Assembly (NCBI GenBank): GCA_964016885.1
Contig: OZ024740.1
Span: 276,396,001 to 276,460,000, forward strand
Source: Eledone cirrhosa
Taxonomy: Eukaryota
DNA: 64,000 nucleotides
Direction: 5' to 3'
Shown: piece by piece, positions 16,214 to 30,732 of the stretch
Numbering within the stretch: position 1 is the first letter of the stretch
Layout: each line of letters opens with the position of its first letter
Notes under the pieces: model-generated
Told to the model about the DNA's origin: nothing
What the model saw: the letters and a program-made list of their open reading frames with translations, nothing else
Database searches by the model: none
Translations under genes and position numbers: made by a program

Positions 16214-17199
16214 TGAAACATTGGAGTTAAAAATCATCAAAAATTTCTGCATTTTTTTAATTGGATACAAAGGCTAGCATTGTAGACAATTCAATGAATT
16301 CTTATATATTACTGGTACTTATAAGTTGAGTCACTTGGCAGGAATACATTTAAGTCCGAAGGTTGATCAATCTAATTTTCACATCTGAGAGCCTTAACAG
16401 TTACAACAAACACAACAACAACAATAAAAATAGAAAAATGATAATCAGGAGAGGAAAAAAGTGGCTAATGATGCTAACAATTAAATGAAGATAACAATAG
16501 TAGTGATGATGATGATTATATGAAGAGAAGATGACAAAGAGGTTATTGTTGATGATGATAATGATGATAATGACCCTTGTGATAATGATGATGATTACAT
16601 GAAGATGACAATGTTCTTGATGATGATGGTGAGGAAGCTGATTGTAATAAGTGTTTTAAATTTAGTATAAAGTCTCAAGCAAAATACTGCTAGAACATTT
16701 ACACTATAATGAAAATATAATAAAGTACTTATATAACACTCTAAAGCCATGATAATAACAATTATAGTACTAAACAATACTCAATTAATAATGTTAATAA
16801 TGATTATCCTGTTTTGTGACATAAAATATATTTATTTATTTATTCCACTTTTAGATGTTGCACTTTCCTATAAATGACATTTACTAAGTCGTGACTGGAA
16901 AATATATATTATGCTACTAATAATAAGGATTTCTACTTTAGGTTAGAGGAAAACAATTTGAAAGGAAAGGGAGGGGATCAGTTGATTAAGTCAACCCCAT
17001 TCTTTGGCTTTATTTTATCGACTCTCTGAAATGGTGAAAAGCAAAGGTGGCCTTGACATAATTAGAACACAGAACATAAAGAACTCAAACAAATGCTACA
17101 AAGCATTTCGTCCAATGATCAAATATATGTCTGCAACCTCAGTGCTTGATTGCATATCAGCAGCCTCAGTTCATGTTTGCATATCAGCAGCCTTGGCAT

Positions 17200-18300
17200 A
17201 CTAAGCCTTCCACCCACCACCATCCTGAAGAAGGTGTTGGCAACCACTTGACCACCTGACTAATAGAACACAACCCCTCCACAGAAAGCAGAAGAGCATA
17301 CCTTCCTCCAATCTGGTCAGATAAGAACTGGGGCAGGGCACATTAGTCAGGTGTTAAACTATGAACAAGGCAGTTACCATCTCTGATTGGCATTTCAAAG
17401 ACAGCTTCTTCTCAGTCTATTTTTGGGTGAGACTTGTTGCTCTGCTCATTACCTTGTCCCAGTTCCTGTTCACCAATTTAACTGATCCACTGGTTCAGCA
17501 TCCCACAACACTGTCTAATGGCATGAGTCTGATTCTCCAGTTTCCTAGTTGCAAGCCAGTGGATATTGCCAGGCTAGCGTTTTTCCTTGTCACAGCCTTG
17601 TATCCCTTTAGAAAGGTGCCAACTAATTCCATTTGCAGTGTCCAGCACCATAATGGGGACATTGTCTGCATATGCTAATACAGCTCTCTCAGTCACTTAG
17701 CCAACTCCAAGCAGGATGCCTTTCAACTGCTTTCACATCAATGGCTCATGTGCCAACACTTTCAGAAGTGGTGAAGTTGATAACTGATCAGATGTTGCTG
17801 AGCATAACTGTAATTTGGCCTCTGAAAACAGGGTCAAAACCATAGTCATGAAATAACAATTGAAGACTATTAAATATTTCAGTTGATCCAAGTTAATCAA
17901 GGCCCCACCAAAACCAGTTTTCTGATTGACCCCCCCCCCCCCCCCTGGTTTATTGCATGAGGTGGAGGTTGTCATTTGACCAGTTTTTGCATTGTGCAAA
18001 TCTCTGATTCTCTGAGTGGGCCGGCCATTGATGACAAGCACCAATTTCTTTTTTAACCTTGTTGGTATCGTTTTTCAGCAGTACTGGAAATTCTATCATT
18101 CTGCTGCCAGTTACAGGATATAGATACAGTTAAGAGGTCACTAAATATATCTGACATGAACATATAAAGCTCATAAGAAAGATCATCGAAACAAGGTAAC
18201 TACATTTCTAGTAGCAGCCCACCAACTCCTGTATTTCGGCAGATGTTATTGGTCTGCTGCAACACTCCACTTCTTTCAGGTCAAGGAGTTGGGAATTACA
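17200..18300 (-). mobile_element. Degenerate Tx1/L1-clade LINE ORF2 (RT) remnant
   Basis: Minus-strand fragments in the expected order: DLSYELY..NWQQN, GGALINLDQ, SPLLKVLAHEPL, VLAYADNV (YADD-like), GLQLGNWR, KKLSLK; many stops and frameshifts. Confidence 0.75.
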
Positions 18301-18916
18301 ATCTGCCACCAATTCTATCCTATCACCTGCCCTAAACACTTAAGTGAAATGCTGCTGAACATTCCACATGCATTTGCTTAGAATTGAGTAGTACACATCT
18401 ATCATGTTCTGTCAAAGATTGAATTGTAGCTTTGTTTCCACATCACACTTCTGCTACCCAGACCTAGCAAATGGCTTTTGTTTCCTCAATGATAATAACA
18501 AAATAATAATTTCTTTTATAAGCCCTTGAGGGTTGAGACTACAAAAGTGAAATATAAAGGAAAACCACAAACAAGAATCTGCGTAGGATTTATATTGAGT
18601 AAAAGGGCAAGGAAAACAATAAGAATAAAGGCATTTTGATAAATAGAACTAATGGTACAGAACTGAATAGGAAACCAGAAAAGAGTCGCTAAAATGAGAG
18701 AAACTATTGAGGGTGATTCAGAGACACGTCTCTCACAAACCTAGGTTACTCTGACACATCAAAAGAAAATGTCTTCTTTTAGATCTTGTTACCAGCCTAC
18801 ATGCAGCCTCATAGTTAATATGGGTCCATTTAGTCATAGAACCAATGTGGAATACAGAATTGAGGCCTAATTTACTGAGTGAGCCCTGAGAAAATAAAAG
18901 GAAATCAAAGAGAAGC

Positions 18917-19167
18917 TTAACCCTTTTGCAACCATATTTCTAATGAAACACACTGTATTAGAATTAATTGATGAAGAATTTTGAGGGATTTTACTAAAAT
19001 CAATAGTTATTTCACCAGGAAGATGGTATTTGTAAAATAACTTAACAAAAGTATTTTATTGTAAATTATTTTGGAAGATTATAGTTTAAATGCAAAGCCT
19101 TTGATATGGTTGTTTTGTTTTATAGATCCAAAAGGGGTTTTGGATGGTTTGGTATCTAAAGGGTTAT
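18917..19167 (+). mobile_element. piggyBac-type MITE family 2
   Basis: TTAA-CCCTTT..ACCA...TGGTATCTAAAGGG-TTAT; internal homology to inverted copy 41243-41483. Confidence 0.7.
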
Positions 19168-19519
19168 AACACGAACAATAAAGGAACTGAACCAAATACT
19201 ATTTTATTTCACATTCATCTACACTAGACCACTACTACTACTACTACTACTACTACTGATGATATAGGAGATGTACAATGATAATACATAACCTTAGTAA
19301 CAACAACAACTGGAATGCTGACAAAAAGTGTAAGAGAAAAACAAAAAAAAACATATCAAAATACAACCAACCAAACAACAACCAACAAAAACAACAAAAC
19401 AAGCAAAATCCATGACAATAGCAATGGCAGCCATGTTTACATCAACAACAATAGCAACAATAAAAAAGAAGCAAAAATAAAAATAAAACGACAGTAGCAA
19501 CCAATAATAACCATGACAA

Positions 19520-20290
19520 TGTTTGCATCATACTCATCATCATCATAAGCATCATTACCACAATCGTCATTATCATCAACATCATCGTTATAATCACCAC
19601 CACCACCAACATCCTCATCACCTCTACCATCATCATAATCACCCCCACCACCACCACACCACCACCAACATCATCATCACCTCTACCATCATCATAATCA
19701 CCCCCACCTCCACCACCACCACCACCACCATCATCATCATAATCGTTATAATCATCAATATCACCACCACCATCATTATCATAATCACCGTCACCAACAC
19801 CACCAACATCATCATTACCACAATCATCATCATCATCATCATCATCAATCACCATAATCACCACCACCACCACCATCATTGTTATCACTGCCATCATCAT
19901 AATCATATATCATCACTACCATCATCACATTATCATCATCATTATAATAATAAGCACCACCACCACCACCACCACTAACACCACCATCAACACCACCACC
20001 ACTAACACCACCACCACTACCACCAACACCACCACTACCACCACCACCACTAACACCACCACCACCACCACCACTAACACCACCACCACCACCACTAACA
20101 CCACCATCAACACCACTACCATCAACACCACTACCACCAACACCACCACCACCACTACCACCACCAACACCACCACCACCACCACTAACACCACCACCAC
20201 CACTACCACCAACACCACCATCAACACCACTACCACCACCATCACTACAACCACTACCACCATCTCCATCATCATCATCATCATCATCAC
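19520..20290. repeat. (CAT/CAC)n low-complexity trinucleotide tract
   Basis: Directly visible; similar tracts at 22030-22430 and 23160-23265. Confidence 0.9.
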
Positions 20291-20849
20291 CACCACGTTC
20301 ACCAGCCCAGCAGCAGTAGCAGAAGAGCCAGCAACAACAATGACAACAACAACAACAACAACAACAACAATGAAATTATATTCATTGCAAAAAAAAAAAA
20401 GACTGGATTGACAACTGAAGCGCTTAACAAGGACTGTGATAATAAACAATTAAGAGAGCAATAGCATCAGTGACAACAACAACAACAACAACAACAACAT
20501 TAGTAGTAAGAACAATAACAAGAATAATGGACAATACTAATAGCTTTTATCTTTATTTTTACATGCAGAAGGGTTGCGACCTTCATGCTTTTCTCATAAC
20601 CATTCCATCCAGAAATCAAACGAAATAGATAAATATATAAACACATTTATAAAATTAGAGACTGGATTAAAGAAATTAATGCCTTAATAAATAACACATC
20701 ATCATCATCATCATCATCATCATTATGGTTGCTATCATCATCATCATCATCATCATCATCATCTTCGCCAATATTGTCAAAAGGTACACTGGACATTACA
20801 CAAACATATATCTTTAGATATATAAACTTGCATGCACACATACACATAC

Positions 20850-22030
20850 ACATAAACAATTTACTACACATACATACATACATGCATACATACATACCTC
20901 ATACATAGACAAACAATATGCTACACATACATACATGCATGCATACATATATTATACATAGACACACAATATGCTACACACACATACATGCATACATACA
21001 TACATCATACATAGACAAACAATATGCTACACATACATACATACATGCATACATACATCATACATAGACAAACAATATGCTACACATACATACATACATA
21101 CATACATACATCATACATAGACAAACAATATGCTACACATACATACATGGTGGCTGCCAACTCGTTTTCGAGTACGGCCACTACTTTACATCCATGTAGG
21201 AGAACCCCTACCGATGCGCTGAACGAGTGTGACTTTTTAGTCCAGCCAGCAACTTGAAAACTCTGGTACAAACACTACACTTGTGACAATTATTGACCCA
21301 TAGTGCTGGGCCCATGGTACCATGTGATGACAAGTGCAGAGAGATCTCCAGATATAAAGCAATGCCTGTGCCGTGAAGCTTTTATAGTGAGCAAAGGCAC
21401 TGCACAAACCCAGTCCCACTCTCTTAACCAAGATGATATTTACCAAAAAGAAGAACAAGTCAACATCATTGAATACCATCATACATACATGGTGGCTGCC
21501 AACTCGTTTTCGAGTACGGCCACTACTTCATATCCATGTAGGAGAACCTCTACCGATGCGCTGAATGACTGACTTTTTAGTCCAGCCAGCGACTTGAAAA
21601 CTCTGGTACAAACACTACACTTGTGACAATTATACATACATACATACATACATCATACATAGACAAACAATATGCTACACATACATACATGCATGCATAC
21701 ATACATTATACATAGACAAACAATATGCTACACACACACACATACATGCATACATACATACATACATACATACATCATACTTAGACAAACAATATGCTAC
21801 ACATACATACATGCATACATACATACATACATACATACATACATACATGCATACATACATCATACATAGACAAACAATATGCTACACACACATACATGCA
21901 TACATATATAAATACATACATCATACATAGACAAACAATATGCTACACATACATACATATATAAATACATACATCATACATAGACAAATAATTTACTACA
22001 CATACATACATACATAGACAAACAATATGC
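20850..22030. repeat. ~40-60 bp minisatellite (CATACATAGACAAACAATATGCTACAC + (ATAC)n) interrupted by two retroelement copies
   Basis: Core motif repeated more than ten times. Confidence 0.85.
21149..21633 (-). mobile_element. Non-autonomous RTE derivative, copies 3 (21149-21481) and 4 (21491-21633), 5'-truncated, in tandem
   Basis: Reverse complement of the 3' part of 9085-9691; (ATGT)n tails. Confidence 0.85.
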
Positions 22031-22175
22031 CATCATCAAAATCATCACCATTATTGTCGCTGTCATCACCAGTATCATCATCATCATCACCATCACCACC
22101 ACCACTATTATTGTTGTCATTGTCGTCATCATCATCATCATCACCAACAGCACCATCATTGTCATAATCACCATT

Positions 22176-22206
<31 letters not shown>

Positions 22207-22223
22207 TCTCCACCACCACGGCG

Positions 22224-22258
<35 letters not shown>

Positions 22259-22383
22259 TATACCACCACCACTATCATCATCATTATAATCATCATTACT
22301 ACCACTACCACCACCACCATTATCATTATATTCAACATTACCACTCCCACCCCCACCATCTTCATCATCATTATAATCATTGT

Positions 22384-22415
<32 letters not shown>

Positions 22416-22815
22416 CCACCATCATCATAGTATCCATCTTACTTGATTGGCTGTCAGAAAAGTCATGTGTCAGGGCCATGCTTTGCTCTCTAAATCATCA
22501 ACTTTCATCTGGCAATGTTATCTGTTGCTTCCTTTTCTAGTGAGGTGTCTAGAGACTCTCTAATTGCAGATGTCTTTCTATGTGTGGGAGAGTATTGTTG
22601 GTATGGTGATGTGATGTCTGTAGCAAATTGTATGAATGTATGTATGGTAACTTGATTGTGTGTGTGTATGTATGTATATATGCATGCATGCATAGCAAAT
22701 TGTTTATGTGTATATATATGTATGTTTTCTTGTATGTGTAGCAAATTGTTTGCGTATATGTGTATGTCTGTATGTGTAGCATATTGTTTGTCTATGTATG
22801 ATGTATGTATGCATT

Positions 22816-23158
22816 ATCATCATCATCATCATCATTTCATTTTACGTCTGCTTTTCCCTGTTTGCAAGGGTGGGATGGGAACTGATTCTGGCTTGATTTC
22901 TACAGCTGGATGCCCTTCCTAACACCAACCTCATTTACAGTGAGTGCTGGGTGCTTTTTTTTTTTCCGTGGCACCTCCACGACCACTTTGCAGTGGAATG
23001 ATAGGGACCCCAGTCCTATCATCTCATTTCTACAGCTGAGTAAACTGGAGCAATGTGAAATAAAGTGTCTTGCTCAAAGAAACAACACATCACCCGGTCT
23101 GAGAATTGAACTCACAACCTTTCGATTGCAAAGCCAATGCTCTAACCACTAAGCCTCC
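22816..23158 (-). mobile_element. SINE family 1 (tRNA head, CORE/V-like body, RTE-shared tail)
   Basis: GGCTTAGTGG A box, GAGTTCAATTC B box, CTTGAGCAAGACACTTTATTTCACATTGCTCCAG body, GGAAGGGCATCCAGCTGTAGAAA tail, (TGA)n end. Confidence 0.9.
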
Positions 23159-23562
23159 ATTATCATCATCATAATAATAACCACCATCAACACCACTACT
23201 ACCACCAACACCACCACTAACACCACCACCACCACCACCATCATCATCGCTACAACCACTACCATGTATAGAAAATAGTTTGTATATGTATGATGTATGT
23301 ATGTATGCATGTATGTGTAGTAAATTGTTTATGTGTATGTGTGCACGTATGTTTATGTATGTAAAAATATATGTGTGTAATGTCCAGTGTACCTTTTGAT
23401 GGTGTCTCTAACACATAATAAAAAATACCACTCCCCATTTCTACCCTCTGGCCAACTCATCCACTACTTGGTTGTTGGCTCTAACAAAGGACACCTGCCT
23501 TTTCTTCAGTCTAGAAAGAGCCCCTTCTTGTCTTCTTTCTTCATCATAATAATGCATCTAAC

Positions 23563-23835
23563 ATGCTAAAATGGAACAAACTACCTGCATCAGTTGTTAG
23601 CTGTCGGGACAAAACTTCCAATGCTTCCCAAAATTCGCCAACACTACACTTGATATTCCCTCTCCAAACACAAACACTCATGTATGTTTATGTCTGTATG
23701 TATATCATGATTCATACACTGTTCACTTTCCTGGGATTTGTATATTATTCTATGTACTATACATGCACCTTTGATGAGTTGTAGCGCACCTGAGCAACTG
23801 CACCCAATAATTTTCATTATCATAATTATTATTTT
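23563..23835 (+). mobile_element. CR1/L2-group LINE 3' fragment
   Basis: WNKLPASVVSC C-terminal motif and 3'UTR; inverted homolog at 51190-51450. Confidence 0.75.
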
Positions 23836-24316
23836 CATTTCTAGCCTTGCACCTTTAGTAGAAGTCATTATAATAATTATCATTATAATGCTTTATAATG
23901 AGAATATTCAAATATTCATGGAGAATTTAATTCAGTTTTCAAGAATAAATAAAGTAGTGACAAAAAATAAAAACAGAAAGAATCTAATATGTTGTCTGAT
24001 GTCATGGATGGCCAAGATGGTAGATGTACTAAGTAAGTACTAAATCACTAACTTAAAGGGCTGCAATTCATATTCTGTTATTATTAGTCTGTTTTGTCTA
24101 GAGTCAATACACACAGCTATCAATGGCTGAGAAGCCCTTAGCTCTAATTAGATATCACTGGGTGGTATAATTGCCCTGTTGAAAGTAGGGGCTGGTCTCT
24201 AAAATAAAATAAATGAATAGCTAATATTTTATTAGCTTGTACTGCTGAGTTCAGCTTCTTTCCCTGAGGGGAAATAAATCTTTTATTGAAGGAGTATGGG
24301 TTGTGGCCCAATAACA

Positions 24317-24358
<42 letters not shown>

Positions 24359-24663
24359 CCCTGCAGGAGAAACAGGGACAGAAAATGTTATGTCTAATGT
24401 AGGCCATTGATGATTTTTTTGTCATGTTCAGCAAAAATATTGTCCTATAGGTTTTTCTATTATATATAAATATATGTGGTAAAAACAATAATAATGTTTA
24501 GCACTCAACTTGGAGAAAAATGATTGATACATTCAATAGTTTATCAATTTCTTTTTCATTTTATATTTAATTATAATTAAAACTGAAAAATTGAATGATT
24601 TTTATTTTTCTCTCTTTAATTATCTTTGTGGTGACTTCCCTCACCCTCTTCCATCTTGCTGGT

Positions 24664-24892
24664 TTAACCCTTTAGCATTTACATTACTCTATATTTACTA
24701 TTGTATTTTCACAGTAAAGGCTTTACTTCACATAATTATCTCACATAATATCGAATCTATGAGATTTCGATATTATTTATTTTGAGAACAATAGCTTAAC
24801 ATCAGTATGAGCGGCCATTTACAGCCAGTTTGGATAGAAAGAGGTGAGAGAATTCTGGCTGGATATGGCCAGTTTAAATACTATAGGGTTAA
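24664..24892 (+). mobile_element. piggyBac-type MITE family 1
   Basis: TTAA-CCCTTTAGCATTTA...TAAATACTATAGGG-TTAA. Confidence 0.9.
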
Positions 24893-25149
24893 AGACTGGT
24901 TTAATGATATTCCTTTAGAATATTGAATCTGTGTTTTAAAGAAATGGCTGTCCTTATGGTGTGTGGTAGTTTGTGTTTTAAGGCACACCAGCCAAGAAGG
25001 GAGATTATTAATTCCAGTTGTTTTGTGTCTTTAGTTAATATTTTTGTACAAACCTGATGAGTGATGGAAATGAGCTTTAAGAACTACAGATATGCTGGGT
25101 TTGGAAAGAAAGAGGAAACAGACACATGCTATTGAACCACTTTAAGTTC

Positions 25150-25400
25150 TGCTGATGAGCGTTCCAGTTGTTTTGATCAATGGAACAGCCTGCTCATACC
25201 AAGGACTTTTGTGCTCTCAACATAGTTCACTAGGAAATTCCTTGCGACACTATGCCGACCCTTTCAATTACAGAAACAAAACCCCATTTCCAGCTGAGTG
25301 TAACAGGAGCAATATGAAATAAAGTGTCTTGCTCAAGGGAATCATGCCCTGTCAGGAATCAAACTCATGACCGCATACGATCATGGATTGAACACGCTCC
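25150..25400 (-). mobile_element. Older SINE sharing the family 1 body but with a different 3' half
   Basis: GAAATAAAGTGTCTTGCTCAAGG core; related copy 43262-43560(+). Confidence 0.6.
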
Positions 25401-25608
25401 TTCACATACACACACTCTCTCTAAAAGTGGACCCCATTAAAATAGATGACACAAAGAAAAAGAAAAGAAACTAAGATTAGAGAAAAATGTTTGCAGGTCA
25501 AGTGACCATTTAGAGACATCATTTGTTAACTTGAGGTGAAGCAAGTGGACTTGCTAAATTAGAATGTCATGTTCAGCTCCTGGGTACCATTCTGCTATTA
25601 TTATTTTC

Positions 25609-26027
25609 GGTGGATTGGCAGTATCGGTAGAGGGTCGGACGCCATGCTTTCAAACATAGTTACGTTCCTTTACGATCTGAGTTCAAATCCCGCCGAGGTT
25701 GACTTTGCCTTTCATCCTTACGGGGTCGATAAAATAAAGTACCAGTAATGCAGTGGGTAATTGCTGGCCTTGTGCCTAAAGTAGAAACAATTATTTAAAC
25801 ATGAATGAAAGGGCCCTGGCTTGGCAGTATCAGTAGAATGTAGGACAACCTATTTTGCAGCATAAAGTTATGATACTTCACATTCTATGTTCAAATCCCG
25901 TCAAGGTTAGCTTTGCCTTTCATCCTTTCTGGGTTGATAAAATAAAGTACCAGTAACACAGTTGGGTTGATTTAATTGACTTTCCCCTCCCACAAAGGTG
26001 TTGGCCTTGAGTCTAAATCAAAAACCA
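25609..26027 (+). mobile_element. Two tandem SINE family 2 copies (young 25609-25795, older 25815-26027)
   Basis: A/B boxes and Meta-like core. Confidence 0.85.
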
Positions 26028-27193
26028 TGCATCATTCTCATCCATGTTAAAAAAATTCCTCACCATTTTGGTTTGGATTCATTTTACGTATCTAAAAACT
26101 GTTCTAATTGTATGTTATATAAGACTGCATTTTAAGTTTAATATTTTTTTTTGATAATCAGTTTTTCTTCATTGCTTTGCATCTAATTTCATATCTGTTA
26201 ATCATTTTTTACTTGCATGGGTGGTGTGGTTTATAAAATTGTGTGACATATGTTGGAGAAAATTTATTTTTCTGTTGCATCCTGATCCTACACAAGCATG
26301 TCTCAGTAAGACAGATAAAGACAGGCAGAATAATGAGTATTTGTTTGAAGACTCAAATATATAGTCTTAAGAAAACTTATCAATTGATTATACAGCATCT
26401 TAGCAGCCCTTCCAGCAACAGTGTCTTATATATGGTGATAGGGTAAAGACTTTTGTTTGTTTTCACAAGAACCTATAACTAATATTTATTTTAGATAGTT
26501 TTCCTGGAGATTCAACTCTTTTTCACACAAACACACAACTCCACACACTTATGTATGTATATATTTGAATTCATGTATATGGTATTTATATAGCAAGGGC
26601 CAGCAACTACTATCAGTTAGTTGTAAAGAAATACTTTAACTTGTCCTTTAGTAATATATAAGTGATGACTGAAATGATGTCCACAGACTACTATTAAAAT
26701 GTTAACAGTAACAGATACAGCTAATTGCTATCTATATACATGTATGTTCATATATATGGGACCACGATAAAATGCTTTTGTACACTTTAAAGTGATTGGC
26801 ATTGCTAAAGTGATAGCATCTAGCTATAGAAACCATACCTAAAATTGAACACACACATAAAATGTGGATCACTAATGTATCTAGTCTTGGACTATGACAC
26901 CCAGTCTAACTTACGACAGCATGAAAAAATTAGTGTTAAATTTTTAATGTATATAATCATCATCATTTCATCATCATCGTCAACATTTAAGACCTGTTTT
27001 CCCTGCTAGCAAGGGTTGGACATGCCATCACACACCATGTGAATTTTATTGTGGCACTAACACTAGGGAAGATGTCATGTCCTTGGCAAATCTGAAAATT
27101 ATTCCCTGCAGATGGATGAACGTCATGCTTTTTAAATAAATGAATATAAGCTCTTCTTTATATATTGAGTACATTTTTCTTTCATTTGTAAAT

Positions 27194-27244
<51 letters not shown>

Positions 27245-27247
<3 letters not shown>

Positions 27248-27441
27248 TAAACGGAATAGAAAATGCTGACAAATTGTTCAGTTGAAAAATGGTTTAATTA
27301 GGAATAAAAGAGTATTAGTGATTGTATGGGTTAGTATTCAGTTGTGGTTTTAAGTTTTTAAGTTTTTACCGGTTGCGCATTTCTAAATGCTTTTCAAAAA
27401 TAATTTTGAGATAGAGTGTCCGTGCTGTTTGGTCTGATCTG
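27245..27441 (-). mobile_element. Possible Penelope-like element 3' remnant
   Basis: Minus strand NLKPQLN resembles a GIY-YIG C-terminal motif; next to (TA)n. Confidence 0.3.
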
Positions 27442-28009
27442 ATTTCCAAATTTATATAGACATACCACACACACATAGACACAGATTTATATATTTATAT
27501 ATATATATAAATTGATGGAGAGAGCAATTATAATGAAACAGCTACAATTCTAATTTAAAGAACTATGCATTTTAAAACCCTAATTTGGAGTTGAAAAAGT
27601 TTCATCAAATGACAGAAGAATTGAACCACATATATTTTAGTTATCATGCTAGCAGCTTCACTTCACTGAGTTTAAATTCTCTTCTTCCTAAATACAAGTA
27701 TAAATGTCCATCTTCTTACGCCTACACAGCATACTTGTTTTGTTTTACTGGAATTCATCAGCTAGTCAGTTTTGCATAACGTCAGGTTTCTTCCATAAAT
27801 GTCTAACATGGCAAGATATTTCCAAATTTATATAGACATACCACACACACATAGACACAGATTTATATATTTTCTAAACTTGATTCTAAGTGTGTATGTA
27901 AAAAAAAGTTAATAATCATATCTATATATGCAAACATTCATGTATACATATGCATGTTTACATGCAAAGACACACTTTGCCTGTATATATATATTTATAG
28001 TGTGTGTGT

Positions 28010-28104
<95 letters not shown>

Positions 28105-28732
28105 ACACACACAACACACTATTGTGTGGTACTGCTCACATATTTGGTGAATAGACAATACCACTCATCTTCAGGTGATAGTCTATCAGCGTCTAACTCA
28201 GGAAAAAAAATTCTTCTACTTTCTCTCTCTCTCACATACACACACACACACACACACACTCACACATACACGAGCCTTCCATTTAGCTCTTTCTGCCTTT
28301 TTTCTACTCTTACATTTCCTAAATTTAGAGATTTTTGGTTTTGAAAGAACTTTTCAGCACTTCCCATGATAGCCTATGTGTCTGAGCAAAGGAAAAGAAA
28401 TGGAAGAAAAGAGACTTGTAAAAACTTTGGTAACTCTATGTAAAGTATTATGTTGGATGATTAGTTAGAGAACAATGTTACAGTCTTCTGTGATAGGGAA
28501 TAATAAATAAACTATAGAATTTTTATCAAATAAATTCCCCAAAAGAAGCATTCTTTGGTAGGATTTTGAACATTATTTTTTTTTTGGTTCATATCTTTTT
28601 TCCATTTTTTTCTGTTCATGTATGAGTGTAATTTGTACAACATTGAACTGTTGAACTTAGGAATGTAAGTTTTACTAAGGTTCATTTAGGTGTATCAAAC
28701 TATTAACACATATATATATACATCATCATCAC

Positions 28733-28950
28733 TTAACCCTTTAGCATTCACATTAATCTATATATGCTATTATATTTTCATGGTAAAGGCTTTACCTCAC
28801 ATAATTATCTCACATAATATCAAATCTATGATATTTTGAAAGTATTTATTTTGAGAACAATACCTTAACATCAGTTTGAACGACCAGTTACAGCCAGTTT
28901 CAACAGAAGGAGGTAGAGAATTCTGGCCAGTTTTGGCCGGTTTGAACATT
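28733..28950 (+). mobile_element. piggyBac-type MITE family 1, right end decayed
   Basis: TTAACCCTTTAGCATT left end and internal homology. Confidence 0.8.
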
Positions 28951-30148
28951 AGTAAGAATTGAACTATATATATATAATTGGTGTGGGATGCTTAAAGTGT
29001 CCATATGTAGGCTGTTTGAGCACTTGATGCTCTTACAGAGCAGAGTATAATATCACATAAGAAACGGAGAATCAGTGGTGCGATGAATTAAGAAGTTTTT
29101 ATTTTCTCCTCTCTATCTTGATTACAACCTAAATGCACTTTAAATATTTCAAATTAAGTAAAACACCATATAGATACATACATGTATGGATATATAGATT
29201 AATGTTTATTGTAAATGTTGAACATATCGCATTATATGTAATGCACTGGGTAATTGCTGGCCTTGTGCCTAAAGTAGAAACAATTATATGTTATGTACTA
29301 GGGTTGTTTCATGTTTCCTCTGTATTGTACATATTGTTGTTTTGTACAATGTTTGTTGTTGTTTGCTGTTGTGACATGGTTCTTGTTTCTCTTGCAATAA
29401 TGTTCGGACTGGTATATTTCTCTTGATTTTATAAGAAAACAACAAAAATTATAATATTAATAATTTTTCTTTAAAGTGTTCAAAGCATGATAAAAAAAAT
29501 TTAGATAACAATAATATTTTATTTCTTTCCCTGTCCTCATTTTTTAAAATTATAATTTCTTTCTTTTTTTTTTTTAAAGAAAATAATTGTAAATGAAAGT
29601 ATTAGATATAACAATGTCTTTATTGGCAGTTATAGGCATGTGCTCCTGTTCCTAATGATCTCCCAATATAAGATTGAAGCTGGTTCAGCTGATAAATCTG
29701 TTTCTGTCCATTGATAGATTACATAAATGAGTCATTTACAAAACAGTCCAGTATATTTGATTCAGTCAAATTTATACATTTAGTGTTAACTGTGAATTTA
29801 GCTTTAAATGTAGTCCATTATTGCATTAAATTAAGTTTCAGAAGCTTTTCTTTTTTTGGTGGTGATGGTGGGGGAGCGGGAGGGAGTCTCATTATTGTTA
29901 TTCTGATTCAGTATAATGGAATGGTAAATATACTATAGATGGTTTATATATTATGCATGGATGTTTTAACCTGATTAGTTCTTTTGTTGTTTTGGTTGGG
30001 TTTTGCCTACCGCAATTTTCAATTTGTCAAGCTATTTAAACATAATATTATTACTGTAAGGAGTGCTTTGCTACTAATTCCTTATTGTAGGTCGACTTTG
30101 CTTGGCCACAGCCAAAGCTTCAATTATACTAAGCTTCCACTTGTATAT

Positions 30149-30493
30149 ATCATTTCATTCATTTCATTTCATTTTACGTCCGCTTTTCCCTACTTGCAAG
30201 GGTGGGACGGGAACTGATTCTGGCTTGATTTCTACAGCTGGATGCCCTTCTTAACACCAACCTCATTTACAGTGAGTGCTGGGTGCTTTTTTGCCATGGC
30301 ACCTCCACGACCACTTTACAGTGGAATGATATGAACCCCAGTCCCTATCATCTCATTTCTACAGCTGATAAACTGGAGCAATGTGAAATAAAGTGTCTTG
30401 CTCAAGGAAACAACACATCACCCGGTCTGAGAATTGAACTTACAACCTTTCGATTGCAAGCCCAATGCTCTAACCACTAAGCCATGTGCCTCC
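30149..30493 (-). mobile_element. SINE family 1, full length
   Basis: Same structure as 22816-23158. Confidence 0.9.
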
Positions 30494-30732
30494 ATATATA
30501 TATATATGTATGCACACATATATATATATATATATAGCTAGGAAGTGTAACATGCTGTTACTGTACCTTCACCCAAGTGAGCACCCGATGCATAGTTTCC
30601 AGAGTCAGGCCAAATCGATACAGATTAAACCTTGAGCTGATCAATAGCGAAATGTGCCTCACTACTCAATAAACGTAATGAAAGCATAACAATCCGTCCT
30701 TTTACTATTATATATATACTTATTATATATAT

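Noticed and set aside
19442-20449. His-, Thr-, Val- or Asp-rich ORFs; also the Tyr/His ORF 43530-43946 and poly-Ser/Leu/Lys ORFs 62556-63161
   Set aside because: Trinucleotide repeats open in multiple frames with no splice or homology support
26297-26311. 9-nt microexon candidate CATGTCTCA|GTAAGA
   Set aside because: Weak AAG acceptor and no other support; expected by chance in 64 kb
30537-30715. Possible Helitron-like fragment (related inverted sequence at ~37225-37272)
   Set aside because: It is a dispersed repeat, but the termini and subterminal hairpin are too weak to classify
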